Assembly: GCA_002633005.1 (NCBI GenBank)
Contig: NMRA01000520.1
Span: 21,255 to 83,946 of the forward strand
DNA from: Phoronis australis
Taxonomy: Eukaryota; Animalia; Phoronida
DNA length: 62,692 nt
Direction of reading: 5' to 3'
Under the pieces are notes generated by a model, which ran no database searches, was not told the DNA's origin, and saw only the letters and a program-made list of their open reading frames with translations. The position numbers and the translations under genes are program-made. Of the stretch, positions 13,305 to 26,830 are shown one piece after another (the first letter of the stretch is position 1; the number at the start of each line of letters is the position of its first letter).

Positions 13305-16300
13305 CTGAAACAGAAAGGGTAATCGTTGTTTGCGCAACACAAAGGGCGATTACGCTTACAGTAGAAAGGGCTTCAGACGTATTCGGGAGGCGAGAGTTAA
13401 AGGGGTTTCTTAAAGTTGCTGTGAATAGCATTTCCTCGAAAAACAACTAGATTCGATCACCTACCATTGTGAAACTGGTTTCTACTTGTTTCTTTCTTAG
13501 ACTGAAGTGGATTCATTGGCTTGTGAAGCCGTTAAGGTACACCAGTCCCAACAACAGTTTATAGCAGATGTTCAAAATCAAGGTATTGAACTATTAGATC
13601 GAAGGCGGACTTACAGCAGTTTTCATTGGTGCTACATGTACGTTCCAAAACAAACACTATTTGAAAGAGCAAAAGATTTTGAAAACTGCCGTTGTCTGGG
13701 TATGTCCAAATCCACAAACACACTTAATAAATGTCACACGTCGATACAGGGCGCACGACATATCCGCGAGCTACCGTATCGTCTTAAATGGGAATCCAAG
13801 TTTTTAAGAGTTATCTTTAGTCACAATACAACTCAATTTTTGGAGCCCTTTTCACGTTAAATACCGTTCCCTATACATAACCCTGCCTTGCTCCGACTGA
13901 CTGAATTGTGATGGCCGCGTCACTTAACTATTATTGAACTCAAAACTCAGCAATGCCCAAACATGTTCCGGCATTAAAGTTTATAGTCAAGCTGGCACAC
14001 AAATACACGGACTTAAATTTGCCTTTTTCACATAAGATGCAAATGGATTCGCAGCTTCCATCAATGTAAGTGAAATTTGAAAAACTTGTAAAACCTACTC
14101 ATGGGACTCAGACATCGTGGGACAACGCACAGTCAGTTCCTTCGATGCCCAAAAGTCACTGTTGAGACCAGTTTCATAACAGCAAGCGGGCTAGATTTTT
14201 GTGACACATGGGGCACATGGCGATTGTAAGACAACAAAAACATGGCAACCTGGCAGTTTCAACAAAAAATGCAACCAAGCTAATAACTTGCCAGAAGCTT
14301 TGTTAGCAATTTCCGGTGCATTCAGGGTGCGATTGCCACATCAACACGTAACCTGTATTATTTGATCTACCGTTTTAATTGGCTCGAACAAACACTGCAT
14401 CTACCAATACAGCATTGAAGGATGAATTCCTGTAAATATGGCGATTTTCTTGCAAAAATTCATAAATGTCTGAGGTGTAAGACATATACCTCTATACTTA
14501 AATGACTGCTTGTACCTATTGGGTGCTGACTAAAATAGTAGAAAAAAACATTATCGGGCTATCACTAGCACATAGATGAAAGCACACTGCTACAGACACT
14601 TGCCCTTTAAAAAAAGTATTCACAATGCTTATTATTATAAAACTAGTTTCAACTTGTTCCTTGCTGAGATTATTCACTTCTGGGCGACCAGAGATACCAC
14701 ATTTTGGCCAGACACCGCGGAGTCTCAAGCAGTAATAAAAGGCCAGTTCGGAAAACAACGTCCAATCCTTGTAAGCCTCAACGCTACAAAGGGTCATGGT
14801 GTTTAGTGTAAAGACCAATCGTCACAAACCAGGCAGGGACTGACATGGTTCGTATGCTATAGGTATTGAAAAATAAAAAAAAACTTCAGAAGTAATCTTC
14901 ACCACAGAACCGTTGCATGTCTGACGAAAATTAAAATGTTCAAACTGCGCTAAAATGACGCGTTTCAAAACCTAAACGTGCTCCCGTCTTAATCACAAAG
15001 TGCTCAATTTCGTACTTAGCTACATGTAGGATTTTTTGAATTTCGATACTTTCTGAATATAACTTACCATTGTAAAACAAGACCCGGGCTTGCCAGAGAC
15101 AGAGAGATAGAGAGATTTCAGCATGTTTGGAAATGAAAAAGAGAATAGTATCAAAAAACAACACAGTAGCAGTCGCAACCTGAATGCATAGACATGCCCT
15201 TTAACTGTGCTAACCACAAAAGGACATTTTCTTTAACAAGGAATGTGTTTGTGGAGCACCTATGACGTGTCTTACACTAAATGTAAACTGGACAATGTAA
15301 AGGGTGAATAAGAACATGAGAATGTCAAAATGCAAAGTTTGATTTAATACGAACTTTTAATCTAGCATTCATAATTGAATTGGAAACTATAACAAATATA
15401 AGTTATATGATCACAACATCCAGACTATTTGGTGGTTTGTCATCAATTCATACATCCCTGGAGAGTGACAATACTTTTTTTAAAAGTAATCAAAAATATT
15501 TAAATCAAATAAGTTAGAAGACCCTGAAGGCATAGAACAATTCTCTAGCACATTGGCACTAATGTGCATAAAACATCTACACCCAACAAACAATTTATTA
15601 ATTACAAATAGACATGTTACGACAGTGATTCGGATAAAATGTACCACTAAGCGCAGACCACACCTTTTTCCGCTCAAACCAAGAAACTAAATTCGACAGA
15701 CTGCTATCTACTTGTTGTAATCAGAGTATTCACTTTTGAATTGACCATCATGGCAATAATTTACACAAGATTGTATTTACATAGACTACCTAGAAATACA
15801 TACAACTGTAAGGACTGAAGTCTTAGTTTTGACCACACTGAACTACTACAAGACCAAAGCTATGCCTTGAAATGCATAGCTACGCATATAGTATGCCTCT
15901 AGGTGTAGTTATTAATATTAAAACAAAAGAAACGCATAGCGTTGCAGCGCGACCAGACTTCAGTGCAAATGGCGTGCTTCTAGGGGTGTTTATTTGTATC
16001 ATAAAAAAGGCCATAGGATGACACAGGATACATTGTACAGGTTCAAAAATGGAAAACATCCTCTATCAGTAGAAAGGTATCCCTTGGGTTTCATGAAAAT
16101 GAGTCACAGATTACGGAGAGAAAAAAAAAACAAATTGGCACTAGACCTCATCAGGAAAAAACTGGTGTAGAGTGATCATAATGAACTTTAAGGGATTTGG
16201 AATATATAGAGGGGGACACAAAAATGAAGGGAGTAATAAATGACTACCGATGGGCAGATTTCGCTGAAATCAGGAGGGCGTTGTCGTCACCCGAAGAGAA

Positions 16301-17339
16301 ACTTTTATAAGCCAAATTTCGCAAAAATCCATCAACTAGACAAATCCAACTGGCGGTTTAGGCGATACTGCAGCGAATGCCTGGACAGAGAAGACAGAAA
16401 TATACAGCCACTAAAATATTATTTATAGGTGGGCGCATAAAAACGGAATTTCATTACATGTATATACTGCTTAATGGACGAAATATGAAAACAAGAAGAA
16501 GCGAAGAGGTAAATTAAGTACATGGTTCAAAACGCATGCCGTTGTGCTTTAACTCCAAAAGCTATCCATTGGTACAACAGGATTTTCTTTCATTTCCGTG
16601 AGTTATTTTACAGCCAGCGTAATTTTTGGGAACAATGGAGATCACACACATTATTCAAGATCTGGTTTTTATATGAGGGCTGCTTTGTATATGAACATTT
16701 TCAATACGGTTTAATTGTTTTCAATTCCGAATACCTTACCAAGGATTAAAATTATGTATAACTAATCATATTTTCGGTCTTTGTCCAGGTACGTCCTTAT
16801 GAGGAGACTCATTTCTTATACCAAATGAGACACAGCAGTTGGGAATTTGAGACATTTCATTTACTCTGCAGCTGACATTTTTCAAATGCACTGTGAGAGA
16901 GAGCTGTCAGCTTGTCATCTGGTAACAGCACAGATAACTTGGTGACATGTAAACAGTGACAGAAAATAACATGCTGGAAGCAAGGTCCACTGCAGGATGC
17001 TTTTTGGGGGGAGTATGACAAAATAAACATTGTAAGAGGAAAAAAAGAGTGAAAAGAATCGTCAAAATACATTGTACAATGTAGAGATCGGCAAGTTTTA
17101 TGAAGGAATAATTATTGCGGCACACATCCATCGAACAACTACATATAAAAAGCGAATCACGATTTGGTTTATACACTTTCAAAAATTATCTCTGATGTCC
17201 GGGATTATATACCAGCTGACAACTCTTTAACCATGAATTTGAAATATGACAGCAAAACCCTAGAGGAATTAACCCGAATTGTGTGGTCTGCTCTCACATT
17301 TCACTTTGTACCGGGCAGTCGTCCCACATGACTGTTAGG

Positions 17340-17716
17340 TCAGAGAGGCTTGAGATTTGACAGCTTGTCAAACTGTGAACAGTGATTATAGATAAACATG
17401 AAATACAGCACCGACAATATTGGCATGACCCTCATATCTCCTCTAATCAACTTCCCGAGTAAGGCAAATGCAACTATAGATATGTAGTATTTGATGGATT
17501 CTACCCGTAAATCAACCAATTTCTTTCGCTTCTTTTTTGACTTTTTCGTGGAATTGGAAGTAGATGAAGATTTGGCACTCTGCTTTTTGCTACGCTTCTT
17601 TACACTACGTTGTGCAGTCTGCCTTCCCTGTGGTGTTTTTTTACCTTTTATGTTTTCTACATTTTCTGCTGGCTCCATGGAGTCTTTGCTTTCACCTCCT
17701 TCCTTTTCATTGGCAG
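17340..17716 (-). CDS. CRELD: CRELD terminal exon A: acidic then Lys-rich linker plus two hydrophobic segments (membrane isoform)
   Basis: ttactctattgtag acceptor in phase 1; AANEKEGGESKDSMEPAENVENIKGKK...KYYISIVAFALLGKLIRGDMRVMPILSVLYFMFIYNH...KPL-stop; total CDS 1419 nt = 472 aa. Confidence 0.75.
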
Positions 17717-18711
17717 CTACAATAGAGTAATTAGAAAGATGTTAGGCGAACCAACTGCAAACTTGGAATGGATGGTCAGGCATTGTCCTACAGGCTCAAC
17801 ACTTTACGTTTTGATTTCACTCGCACCACGCTAAGTCGCAGGCGGATCAACATTACCGGCTATGAAATGCAAAACTCATAATGGCCGAAAGCAACCTAGT
17901 GGGTGACTGAGCACTTGGCATAATGGTAAGAAAACACTACGACCGAAACCGAGTCAGCTAAACGGATTTCGTGCAGTATGCAACCCCCCCTGCATCATAA
18001 CAGCCATCTCCATGCCATCGGAGAACTGTGTCCCACTACGCTATCTACCCTGTGTGTCTTCCCTCCCCTTCACCAGCCATCTTCGAGACCATGGGATCTT
18101 CACGCACCCCCAAACTCCTTCAAAGTCTTTTGGTGAACAGTCCACTTCAGGTTTCCAAACTCATCAGAAAAGAGGGACACCATTGCCATCTTGTTGCATG
18201 GTCTTGTACAAGGAAACGCAAACTGACGTCTAACAAACCTCAAGGGAAATTCCCTCTGTCCAGTAATATGCCAATTCCATAATGCCAAAGGAAGTGGGAC
18301 ACAAATCCGCATTTCACTGTTACATTGCTTCAAGTGCACTAAATACCCACCCCTTCCCGTCCCTCCCTGATTTCCATCCTCCTCCTTCACAAGCTGAGTC
18401 ATCTCCACTACTTTCTGACCACTATGCACCCCTTCACTCTCAACCATCTTCTCTCAAATCTCCTGCCACCTCCTCAACTCTGTGCATTGTGCACTCTCCC
18501 TACGCCCTCTTCCCTCCTCTTCCCCAGTCATTGCTATGCCAATTGGTGCTCAGTGGAACCCCTACACTTCCCTCCACCTTTTCCAGCAGCCTCAATGCCA
18601 TTCCATGCATTGTGCATCTCCTCTTCACCTTTGCCACCCACAACACTCCTCCTTATTCTCAAGCTACCTGCACACCCCTCAGAACATAATGAACGACCCC
18701 CCCCTCCTCAC

Positions 18712-18858
18712 CTGGCTCAGGGGGCTTGAGAATGCACTCATCATCCTCCTCATTCATCTCATAGCCATCCTCGCACTCGCACCTGTAACTCCCCTCACTG
18801 TTCACGCACGACTGGTGGGACCCTGTGCACACGTCACCGCTAGCGCACTCATCAATGT
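18712..18858 (-). CDS. CRELD: CRELD exon 10 (Ca-binding EGF)
   Basis: DIDECASGDVCTGSHQSCVNSEGSYRCECEDGYEMNEEDDECILKPPEP; CAG/GTGAGG, ends phase 1. Confidence 0.93.
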
Positions 18859-19810
18859 CTGAGAGAAATCAAAAACAACTTTATAATTAAGTCAGTATAT
18901 CATTTGCCTCTCAGTAAAACTTTTCTATAAATACTACAAAAAGGTTGTAATTGTAAACTGGACAATTAAGAAATTTAACATTTAGAAATTCTTGATTCAT
19001 TAATTGTACTGTGCAGCATTCAAAATGACACAACACAAAGTGTTGAGCATAACAATTGGACATTTATTTCGCATATCAATTTTTGGGGATAATTTTTGAG
19101 ACAATGAATGGAAATTGGCAGATTTTGATCTACTCCTTGCTACCAGCAACTAGGTACACTGTCATCAACAAGGTGAAGTTGATCAAAACACAACATCAGT
19201 CAAAGTCAACAAGATGTTAACTGAATAGCAAATGTCATTGTGTAACAAGATGGTGTGTGGGCAAACACTAACATCAATAAAAGACATTAAATGAAAGCTT
19301 GTAATGTACAGTATAAAACAAATTGATCAGACAAAATATCATTTCCCTTTCACGGCTTATTCTCTTAACAGCAAAATGATTTGTAATAACTATTGAGGTG
19401 GCACCATTCTAATTATAGAATGGCTTAGCCAGCTATACCTTCACACAATCCCTCTTCATTATCAGTGAAGAGCAAAGACTATCGTGAAGACGAATTTGGA
19501 TTCAATCAGCCATTAAGACATGAGGAATTCTGGGTCATTTTGTATGAATTGTTTTGGCTTGTACATTACATAGTAATTTTCAAAAATAAACTGAACATTT
19601 AAAATTTGACGCTAGAAACACTGGCTACTGCCGGTTTCAATTACAGCTCAATAGCATGAGTGAACATCATTGCACTATTGTATATTTAAGCTTCAAGATA
19701 TCAAACCATAAAGTACACCAGGAGTCAATCATTTTATAACACTTAGGGCTGGCTGGGTAAACGAGCACTACGTATTACATTTTACACTAAAGAAAATACA
19801 ATGTTCATAC

Positions 19811-19906
19811 CAGTGCACTTAGCATCATCCATTGCATAGCCCAGGGCACATTTGACACATTTATCGGCTCCATCGCCCAAACACTTGTCGCATGCCGAGT
19901 GGCATT
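19811..19906 (-). CDS. CRELD: CRELD exon 9 (furin-like repeat)
   Basis: KCHSACDKCLGDGADKCVKCALGYAMDDAKCT; CAG/GTATGA, 96 nt. Confidence 0.93.
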
Positions 19907-20380
19907 CTGAAAGTAGGAATTACCAAATGCATACTGACATATCACCATATTTCAAACTAATAATAACCATGAACTTATGGATAATAGCAAGATAAATATG
20001 AGTATAGGCTTGTGCCATACTTATTCATTAGGGCATTCTTCCATTCATTAACTTCACCAGACATAGAGGGGTTGTGAGAATGTGATAACATCTAGCTCCT
20101 ACATTGTGTATGTATATTAACTGCCCAGCACAGTCTTTTGTCTGATATGACAACAAGCAGGCCAATTATCTACCTGAGGCTTATTACTGATGACATGTGA
20201 ACACAAAACTCAGTGCAAATTGGTACCTTCGGATAGGATAGTCATAACTTCGGTTGCAGTTGGGCGATTTTGCTGATTCAATAACATATTGATTAACATG
20301 ATCAGCATTTGGCGAGAAAGTCAGAAATGCTATTGATTTGTGTTCAAATACGTTATAACTTAACCTTTATTTTAACAGCA

Positions 20381-20522
20381 CAGTCCAGTCAGGCTAGATT
20401 TGATCTTATCGGAGATTAGAGCAATTATCGAACAAAAGAGAGCTGGCCCTCCAACCATTAATTCCAGAATCAGTAGCGTCATCCTCCCAACTTGTTGTTG
20501 AGCTATACAATCGAAAAAGTTG
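20381..20522. repeat. Second, opposite-orientation copy of the repeat at ~9190-9352, in a CRELD intron
   Basis: cagtcaggctagat...tcggagattagagc...ggccctccaaccat...gctatacaatcgaa is the reverse complement of the 9.2-kb copy. Confidence 0.65.
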
Positions 20523-21185
20523 TGCTCAATGGGGAAAATGCCATAATGAGTAATCAATGCTAACACAACACTACAGCATATGACAGGTAACATATTGTTG
20601 TCTGGTCAGTTGGAATTGAATTGATGACCGGTCTGAAAAATAGCCAAGAAGTCAAGTATTTTTTAGCAAACTAGCATCATGCTGCCCAAACATCTACAGA
20701 ATTGTCAACATTTCCAAGAAAAAAAAAGTTCTGTTGCTGTGTCACACCCAGTGACTATTATGAATTGGCATTTCATTGCATGTTCAAGAATTTGAAAAAA
20801 TATGTTTCAGCAAGAGGTGATGATTTGCTACTTGTCTCAAATTTCTGACCAAAGTGACGACCACAGTGGGGACTGAGTCAACATTGCTTAGCTGACTGAT
20901 GCCCATCTGGGTGGAGTCAGCTACATAAGCAATACATTACACAAAATGTGTAACCTACGCTGTAGTACTTGACACAACTTAGACAGAATTAATCCAGGTG
21001 GCACTGATACATAAGTAGCCACACATTTGTAATGTGAAACTTTGTCTTCTAGTTAATGTTTAAAACTACTGCAATATTCAAATAATTAGCTAAAGAAAGC
21101 GTACAACGCTGCAGAGGGCCTTCCTTGGAAGTTTATTGCATTATACACTCAGGTCAGCGATAACATAAATCATAGTAACACGTAC

Positions 21186-21269
21186 TTGTGCAAATGAAAG
21201 AACCATCCGAGTTAGTGCAAAACTCTGTCTCTGAACATGGTGGCGTCTCTGATTCACACTCATTGACAT
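21186..21269 (-). CDS. CRELD: CRELD exon 8 (Ca-binding EGF)
   Basis: DVNECESETPPCSETEFCTNSDGSFICT; CAG/GTACGT, 84 nt. Confidence 0.95.
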
Positions 21270-21439
21270 CTGGAAAAAAGAAATTATACTTTTTCTCATT
21301 ACTGTAAGCAAACACATATAATGGGCAACTGCACAGTCTTGGGTCTTCTTCAATGAAGAAAACATGTATCATCCTGGGCTCATACCTGGTGTGAATTCCA
21401 TTCCATAGACAAGAGTACCTCATGAAAAAGTAAGACTTC

Positions 21440-21504
21440 ATGAGTTATTGGCATACATCACGAGATATTGGCATGTATCACGAGATATCGGCATATATCA
21501 TGAG
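21440..21504 (+). repeat. 20-bp minisatellite, ~3 copies, intronic
   Basis: ca(c/t)gagatattggcatrtat units. Confidence 0.7.
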
Positions 21505-22364
21505 CAAAGCACGTGATCACGCATCAAACATAGCTTCTTTCCCAAGATTCTTGTCACTATGGAACACACACTTGGTTTGACAAGGATGTTGTAACTCACA
21601 GCCGTGTATTTCCAGCCCAGTCTCCTTTTCTTTCAATGTTGGTAAAATAATATACTAGCTGAGTTAACACTCCAAGAATGTCAGTAATGCATTGTCTTGG
21701 GAGGAGCTCATAAGTGATATTTCTGACATACTGAGCTTCTTAAACTTGTTTCAGCACATACATGTATGTACTCATTGAAGGACCTTGCAGATTTCTGAGC
21801 CTCGTAAATTGATAATTTCCAAGCCCCAAAATAAAAGCAAAAATCAACATTTTTTGGAATTCTGATCCATCCAAAAATCACCATGCTCTCGTCAATGGGG
21901 ATATATCTATCAAAAATTTCATGACAAGCCTTCATGTAAAACATAGAAATTAAAGCAGGACTGGTGAAAAAAATACTATGCCACCAGTATCTTAGCAGTA
22001 CTTGGTTCTGTCCAAAGATTAATGTTTGCTACGGTCTGGTCAAAAGAAACACCCTTCTGATACTCATGATGACCCATTTGTCTTATTAGACAAGTGCCAT
22101 GCATCCCTACCGAAATTAACAACAGTTATGCGAATAAAATGTTTTTACTTCAATTATCACTACAATACGAGCCAAAAATCGTCAGAAGAAATGACTAGAG
22201 ATACACTGTCTTAACACCTGGCTGAAGCCTGAACATATTGACGGCTGAATGCAACAAGAATTCTCCATCAGAGATGCTAGAATGATGAGTCATGACGAAT
22301 CATTACATGTTATGATGGAGCAACAGTGTTTTCTTTGAGTACTATTGGTGTGAACTGCACATAC

Positions 22365-22466
22365 CTTGACAACCCTCCTGTTCTGCTTGTTGCCAACCAG
22401 TCTTGCACTCGTCGCAGCCTTTGGGTCCAGCCTCCCAGCAAGTAGATTTACATGACATGTGACACA
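22365..22466 (-). CDS. CRELD: CRELD exon 7 (furin-like Cys repeat)
   Basis: LCHMSCKSTCWEAGPKGCDECKTGWQQAEQEGCQ; CAG/GTATGT, phase 1-1. Confidence 0.93.
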
Positions 22467-23361
22467 CTGAAATAGAACGAGCTAGTTAAAGACACTATGG
22501 TCCATTACATTCCATTACCAAAAATTAAGAAAATACTGCGTCATATTACACGATTCTTGCCACAAATTGATTGATGATCATTTCGGTGAAGACAGAATGT
22601 TGAAGCAGTTGTTTATCTTTTATCATTTTGAAATACATATAATGTAAACATGCCGTGCAACAAGTTACAGACAAAACAAAGAGAATAACTCAGGGATAAA
22701 AGTAAGGTAATTTCCAGGTCATTTTATAATTCACCATTAGTCTTTGACAACAGAAATTCAGGGACAATATACTTTAATAGTGAATTCCATCTGCACTTAG
22801 TGGTCCCAATGGGGAAATGGGCTCATTTTGTCTGATAACCTTTAGAGTGTGCTGCAGTGAACTCTTTAAAAACCACAAAATCAAAAGTCACGTATTCAAT
22901 AAAAATAGGATGAAGTTCCTGGGCAAACAGACAAGATGGAGACATAGAACAAGTTGCGTAATGAAAAGAAGAAAAATGACACAACTACTGTATCCCTCCA
23001 CTGGGTACAAGCCGGTGTACTTGCAATAGAGAGCTTCAAAAATGGGGGTTGAATTATGTTTGGGTGGAATTGTATTGAACTTCAGTGAACAGCGCCGTGG
23101 GCTAACATTTGTGCATAGACTTGTGACCCAGAATGTGAATCATGCATTGCGCAACCTTGACCTTACGCAAGCTCTTGAATCCTACTTTCTAAGCCAGCTT
23201 TACACCAGCAACTGTACAGGAGCAAGAGAGGATGTTGGACGCACAGAGGAATGCAAAGCTGGCTTTGTAGCAGAGTATGTGGGCTTGTATACCAAAATGA
23301 ACAACTAGGAAGTGGGCTTAAACCCAAGAGGACACAGTAGTGCAGAATGCAAGTCACATAC

Positions 23362-23488
23362 GTTGGCAGCTAGTGTGAGTCTCGTTCTTGCTCTCCTCAT
23401 AATACCCATCCACACAGTCGTCGCAAAGCTCCCCCTTGTAGCCACTATTGCAATCGCACTTCCCTTCTCCGCTTCTGGTGCCTTCGCC
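23362..23488 (-). CDS. CRELD: CRELD exon 6 (EGF-like)
   Basis: GEGTRSGEGKCDCNSGYKGELCDDCVDGYYEESKNETHTSCQ; TAG/GTATGT. Confidence 0.95.
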
Positions 23489-24408
23489 CTATAGGAATAC
23501 ATAGATGATTAATGCCTAGTCATTTGTCTTTTCACTTGCACCATGTTAAAGATATTCATTTAGAATATGGAATAAAAGCATTTATCAAAATCTGCAAGCT
23601 TCCACAAAGTGACGTCAGTTTTTGACAATAAATATACAAAAGGAAACTTGCCATCTGTACCAAAGCAAACACTATAAGGACATCAAGTATGCACGCTAAA
23701 CCCGCATGTGGTGGTTATCAAGCTTTCATTATCAGAATCCACTCAGGCTTCTAGGTAGAATAATCAGGCAGTATAGCAGAGCATTTTTGAGAGAAACGAA
23801 AAACTTGTCTAACTTTGCAGTTTCCTGTTGACATCCAATTTTGGCCAATAATGAATTGTATCGATGAGATTTTTGAGGTGATGTAGGACGTCATTGGCAA
23901 ATCTGAGTATTTAGCCAAATACTTCTGGGTGAAAGCCAGTGGAATTTCGATGTTGACCTGATAACCATTTGCCATTAATTGGGTCACAACGATATGAAGA
24001 ACATGGGGGTTGGGTAAATTTCCTTTGAGGTAAATATTCAAGAAGAAAACTCAAAAACGCTGTGACAATTTTATGAATTATTATCATGTTTTTGTTTTAT
24101 GCATTTAAGTTTGATTTTTTCACAGCCCCACACGCAAAATAGAAACACTTTAAAAACAACAATACAGTCGTCTTTTGGAGAGCAGTCCATGAAGCACGCC
24201 ATCTGAAAGTTGTGATCATACACCAAGTCTGAGACACGATGTTCCAAAGTTAGCCAAATTTGGACATTTCTCCATGGTCCTACATAAATTCCAACCATAC
24301 TTTACTGCGACATTGTCAGTCACTTAGTCTAATTGTGGTTGTCACCAATTCAAATTGCCAAGCAAGTTACTACATTCTAAAACTGAAACTGAGCTTCGCA
24401 TTACTTAC

Positions 24409-24497
24409 ATCACATACGCCATTGCCTTTGCACGGCCTATCCACACCACCTGGGCACGCTTCGCAGTTTTCCCCATAAGTGTTGTTATGGCAACATA
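24409..24497 (-). CDS. CRELD: CRELD exon 5 (start of EGF-like domain)
   Basis: VCCHNNTYGENCEACPGGVDRPCKGNGVCD; CAG/GTAAGT. Confidence 0.95.
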
Positions 24498-24926
24498 CTG
24501 AAAAAGACACAAAAATTGACAAAAAATTAAATTTACGATCAAGGTTAGGACACTTCAGGGGGGAATACCCCTCACCTCAAACATTTCCCTCTCAGAAGGT
24601 CAGGCACCTTTTACCCTAGGTGAATAAGAATTTCAGAACTATTAGTAGTTAAAACTTCACATTACTTTTAAAATCTCGTAACTGGTAATTGACTGTAAGG
24701 TATGCTCGAGATGTTTGCCAAGCTTCTTGTTCCTGATAGCAATCTTAACAACAAGATCAAACGTGCATTGCGATGTTCCATCAAAATAATGCTCACCATT
24801 ACCCAGCAGTCAACAACAGTCACACCAACATGGCATCTGTCCACGCTAACTGATGACACGTACACATGAGTGTCTCTTTACAGTTGGTCAACATTGAACG
24901 GATACCTATAACATGGCCAAACCTAC

Positions 24927-25041
24927 CCATTATTTTATCTATACAGAACCAAGTGAACAAGTCGGACTTCTGATCCTTGGCAAACACGTTGAACCACCAG
25001 TGCTCAAGGGACTCCTCGTGCTTTTCGAACAGCAGGTGACA
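24927..25041 (-). CDS. CRELD: CRELD exon 4
   Basis: CHLLFEKHEESLEHWWFNVFAKDQKSDLFTWFCIDKIM; LExWW and DLFxWFC motifs; TAG/GTAGGT. Confidence 0.93.
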
Positions 25042-26153
25042 CTAAAGAGAACAACAAATAATGAGGTGTAGTGAGGTGAAGGACACTTCAGACACGACGT
25101 GTGAAACAACCACCAAAAATTCACAATCACGTATTAAATGGTATGACAAAAAATAGCAAAACTGGTTTTGGATTTCTTGTGAACAAATGCAATGACCATG
25201 TATTTTTATTAGTTACCCTAAAACGACAAAAATCTCCCGATGCCACTTTCTTTTAATTATCCCAAGTGCAGCTGTGTAGTGACGTTCTTGATGTTGATTG
25301 GGGAGGGGCTTTAAATGGTGAGGTGCAGGTTTCAAAACGAAATCCACACAGCCCACAAACTATTTTCGGCCATATCTAGAACATTTTTTGAATACTTCCT
25401 GTAGGATTAAACCTTCAAATCTCAGGGAAACATATTATATTCAGAAAAAATTACAGCATTATAAATATATCTCACCAACTTAAGATATAATGGTTTCATT
25501 TTTTTGGATTTCCATTAAAAATGAAGAGCTGAGCCAACACATTAAACAGTGAGATTTTGTTAACAAGTTCCCTACTTCAAAAGATGGAAGCATGTTACAA
25601 TCACTTGACATTGATACAACCAAAATGCTAAGGATTGAAATTCTTCCAAGTCTGCATTACAAATGGAATGCGTATATGGGAAACCCTTAATACCACAAAA
25701 ATGACCACTATGTGACACAGGAAATGAAAGAGCATCACTGTCTCCCTAAAAGAACTTATTCAATGTTGTGTATTTGTTGTTTACGGATCTATATGGCCAC
25801 ACCCCTGTAGTTCAGAGTTTGGCTAGGGTAACAAACTATTTCCCAAGTTGTCGCCTGACATCAAACAAATTGCAGCATGTTCCGGTATGCGAATGAGCGA
25901 TCTTATCTATGATGGACAAAAGATATTAACTGAATGCATGTAATGAATCGTTTCATTTTGGCCACAATTTCCGTGAAAAAATAATGAGAACGCAAAAAAG
26001 AAGATTTGTATTGTTAGCAATCATCAGTCACGTGTTAAATGCTGTGGGTAATCCCAACAATGTAATAATACCTTGTTATCGAAAAGGGAGGACCTTGGAA
26101 ATTCTACTCTGAAATCTGTGAGTTGTTTGTACAAACTTAAAGAGAATACTTAC

Positions 26154-26208
26154 ATCTTTATCAGAGTCACACACTCCATGATCAGTAATGTCTATGAAAC
26201 GTGTCTCG
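26154..26208 (-). CDS. CRELD: CRELD exon 3
   Basis: (S)ETRFIDITDHGVCDSDKD, matching CRELD SExRL/F; CAG/GTAAGT, phases 2->0. Confidence 0.9.
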
Positions 26209-26747
26209 CTGAAACGGAGAGGGATATGCTTTACAAGTTGAAAGTGACATTTCAGTAAGAAGCGAGACTGGGAGAGAGTCCCCTAAATGAAATTTGATTT
26301 TTTAGCAAAATTCACCACTTGCGGTATATCAGAATGTTCTTGAATCCCTTGCTTGCAATGACAAATTGCACACAACACTCACAGCTAACCTAACTAAAAA
26401 AAAAGGTCAGGTCAAGTAAAGGACTTCCACAGCAAACAAGGATGCGGAGATCTACGAAGCTACAGCACAGGACAAGACTTAAAGCCACTGTGTATAGTAA
26501 ATCTCTCCAATGTAGGACACAGTATGTCTGACAACCGAAATTTCATTTTCTTGTTTTTTTCATAAAGGATCATGTAACTCTATATCACAGCTACTTTCGG
26601 ACACCTTGAAAATTGATGGGCATATGCAACAAAATTAGAATCCTTTAAACAATGATGGGAAAATATGATTTGATAACCAAAAAAGAAATAGAAAATAAGG
26701 GCGAATAGAAAATAGTCTGTGCTCTTGTTGCTATGGTCATTACATAC

Positions 26748-26830
26748 CTTGTAGCAAAGCTCCCCAAACTCTTTTCTTCCCAGTGTGTGTTGCCTCCACC
26801 AAAATTGGCCTTGGCTGTCCTTTTCAAACC
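26748..26830 (-). CDS. CRELD: CRELD exon 2 (WE domain)
   Basis: GLKRTAKANFGGGNTHWEEKSLGSFAT(S): hallmark CRELD NFGGGNTxWEE motif; CAG acceptor, GTATGT donor, 83 nt. Confidence 0.95.

Noticed and set aside
16857-16918. Another phase-1 candidate CRELD terminal exon (DDKLTALSHSAFEKCQLQSK-stop)
   Set aside because: Acceptor plausible, but the peptide has no retention or TM signal or family similarity; unsupported without RNA data
18012-18711. Cluster of overlapping Pro/Ser/Leu-rich ORFs
   Set aside because: Pyrimidine/purine-skewed low-complexity intron of CRELD; read-through from exon 10 stops early and no domain is visible
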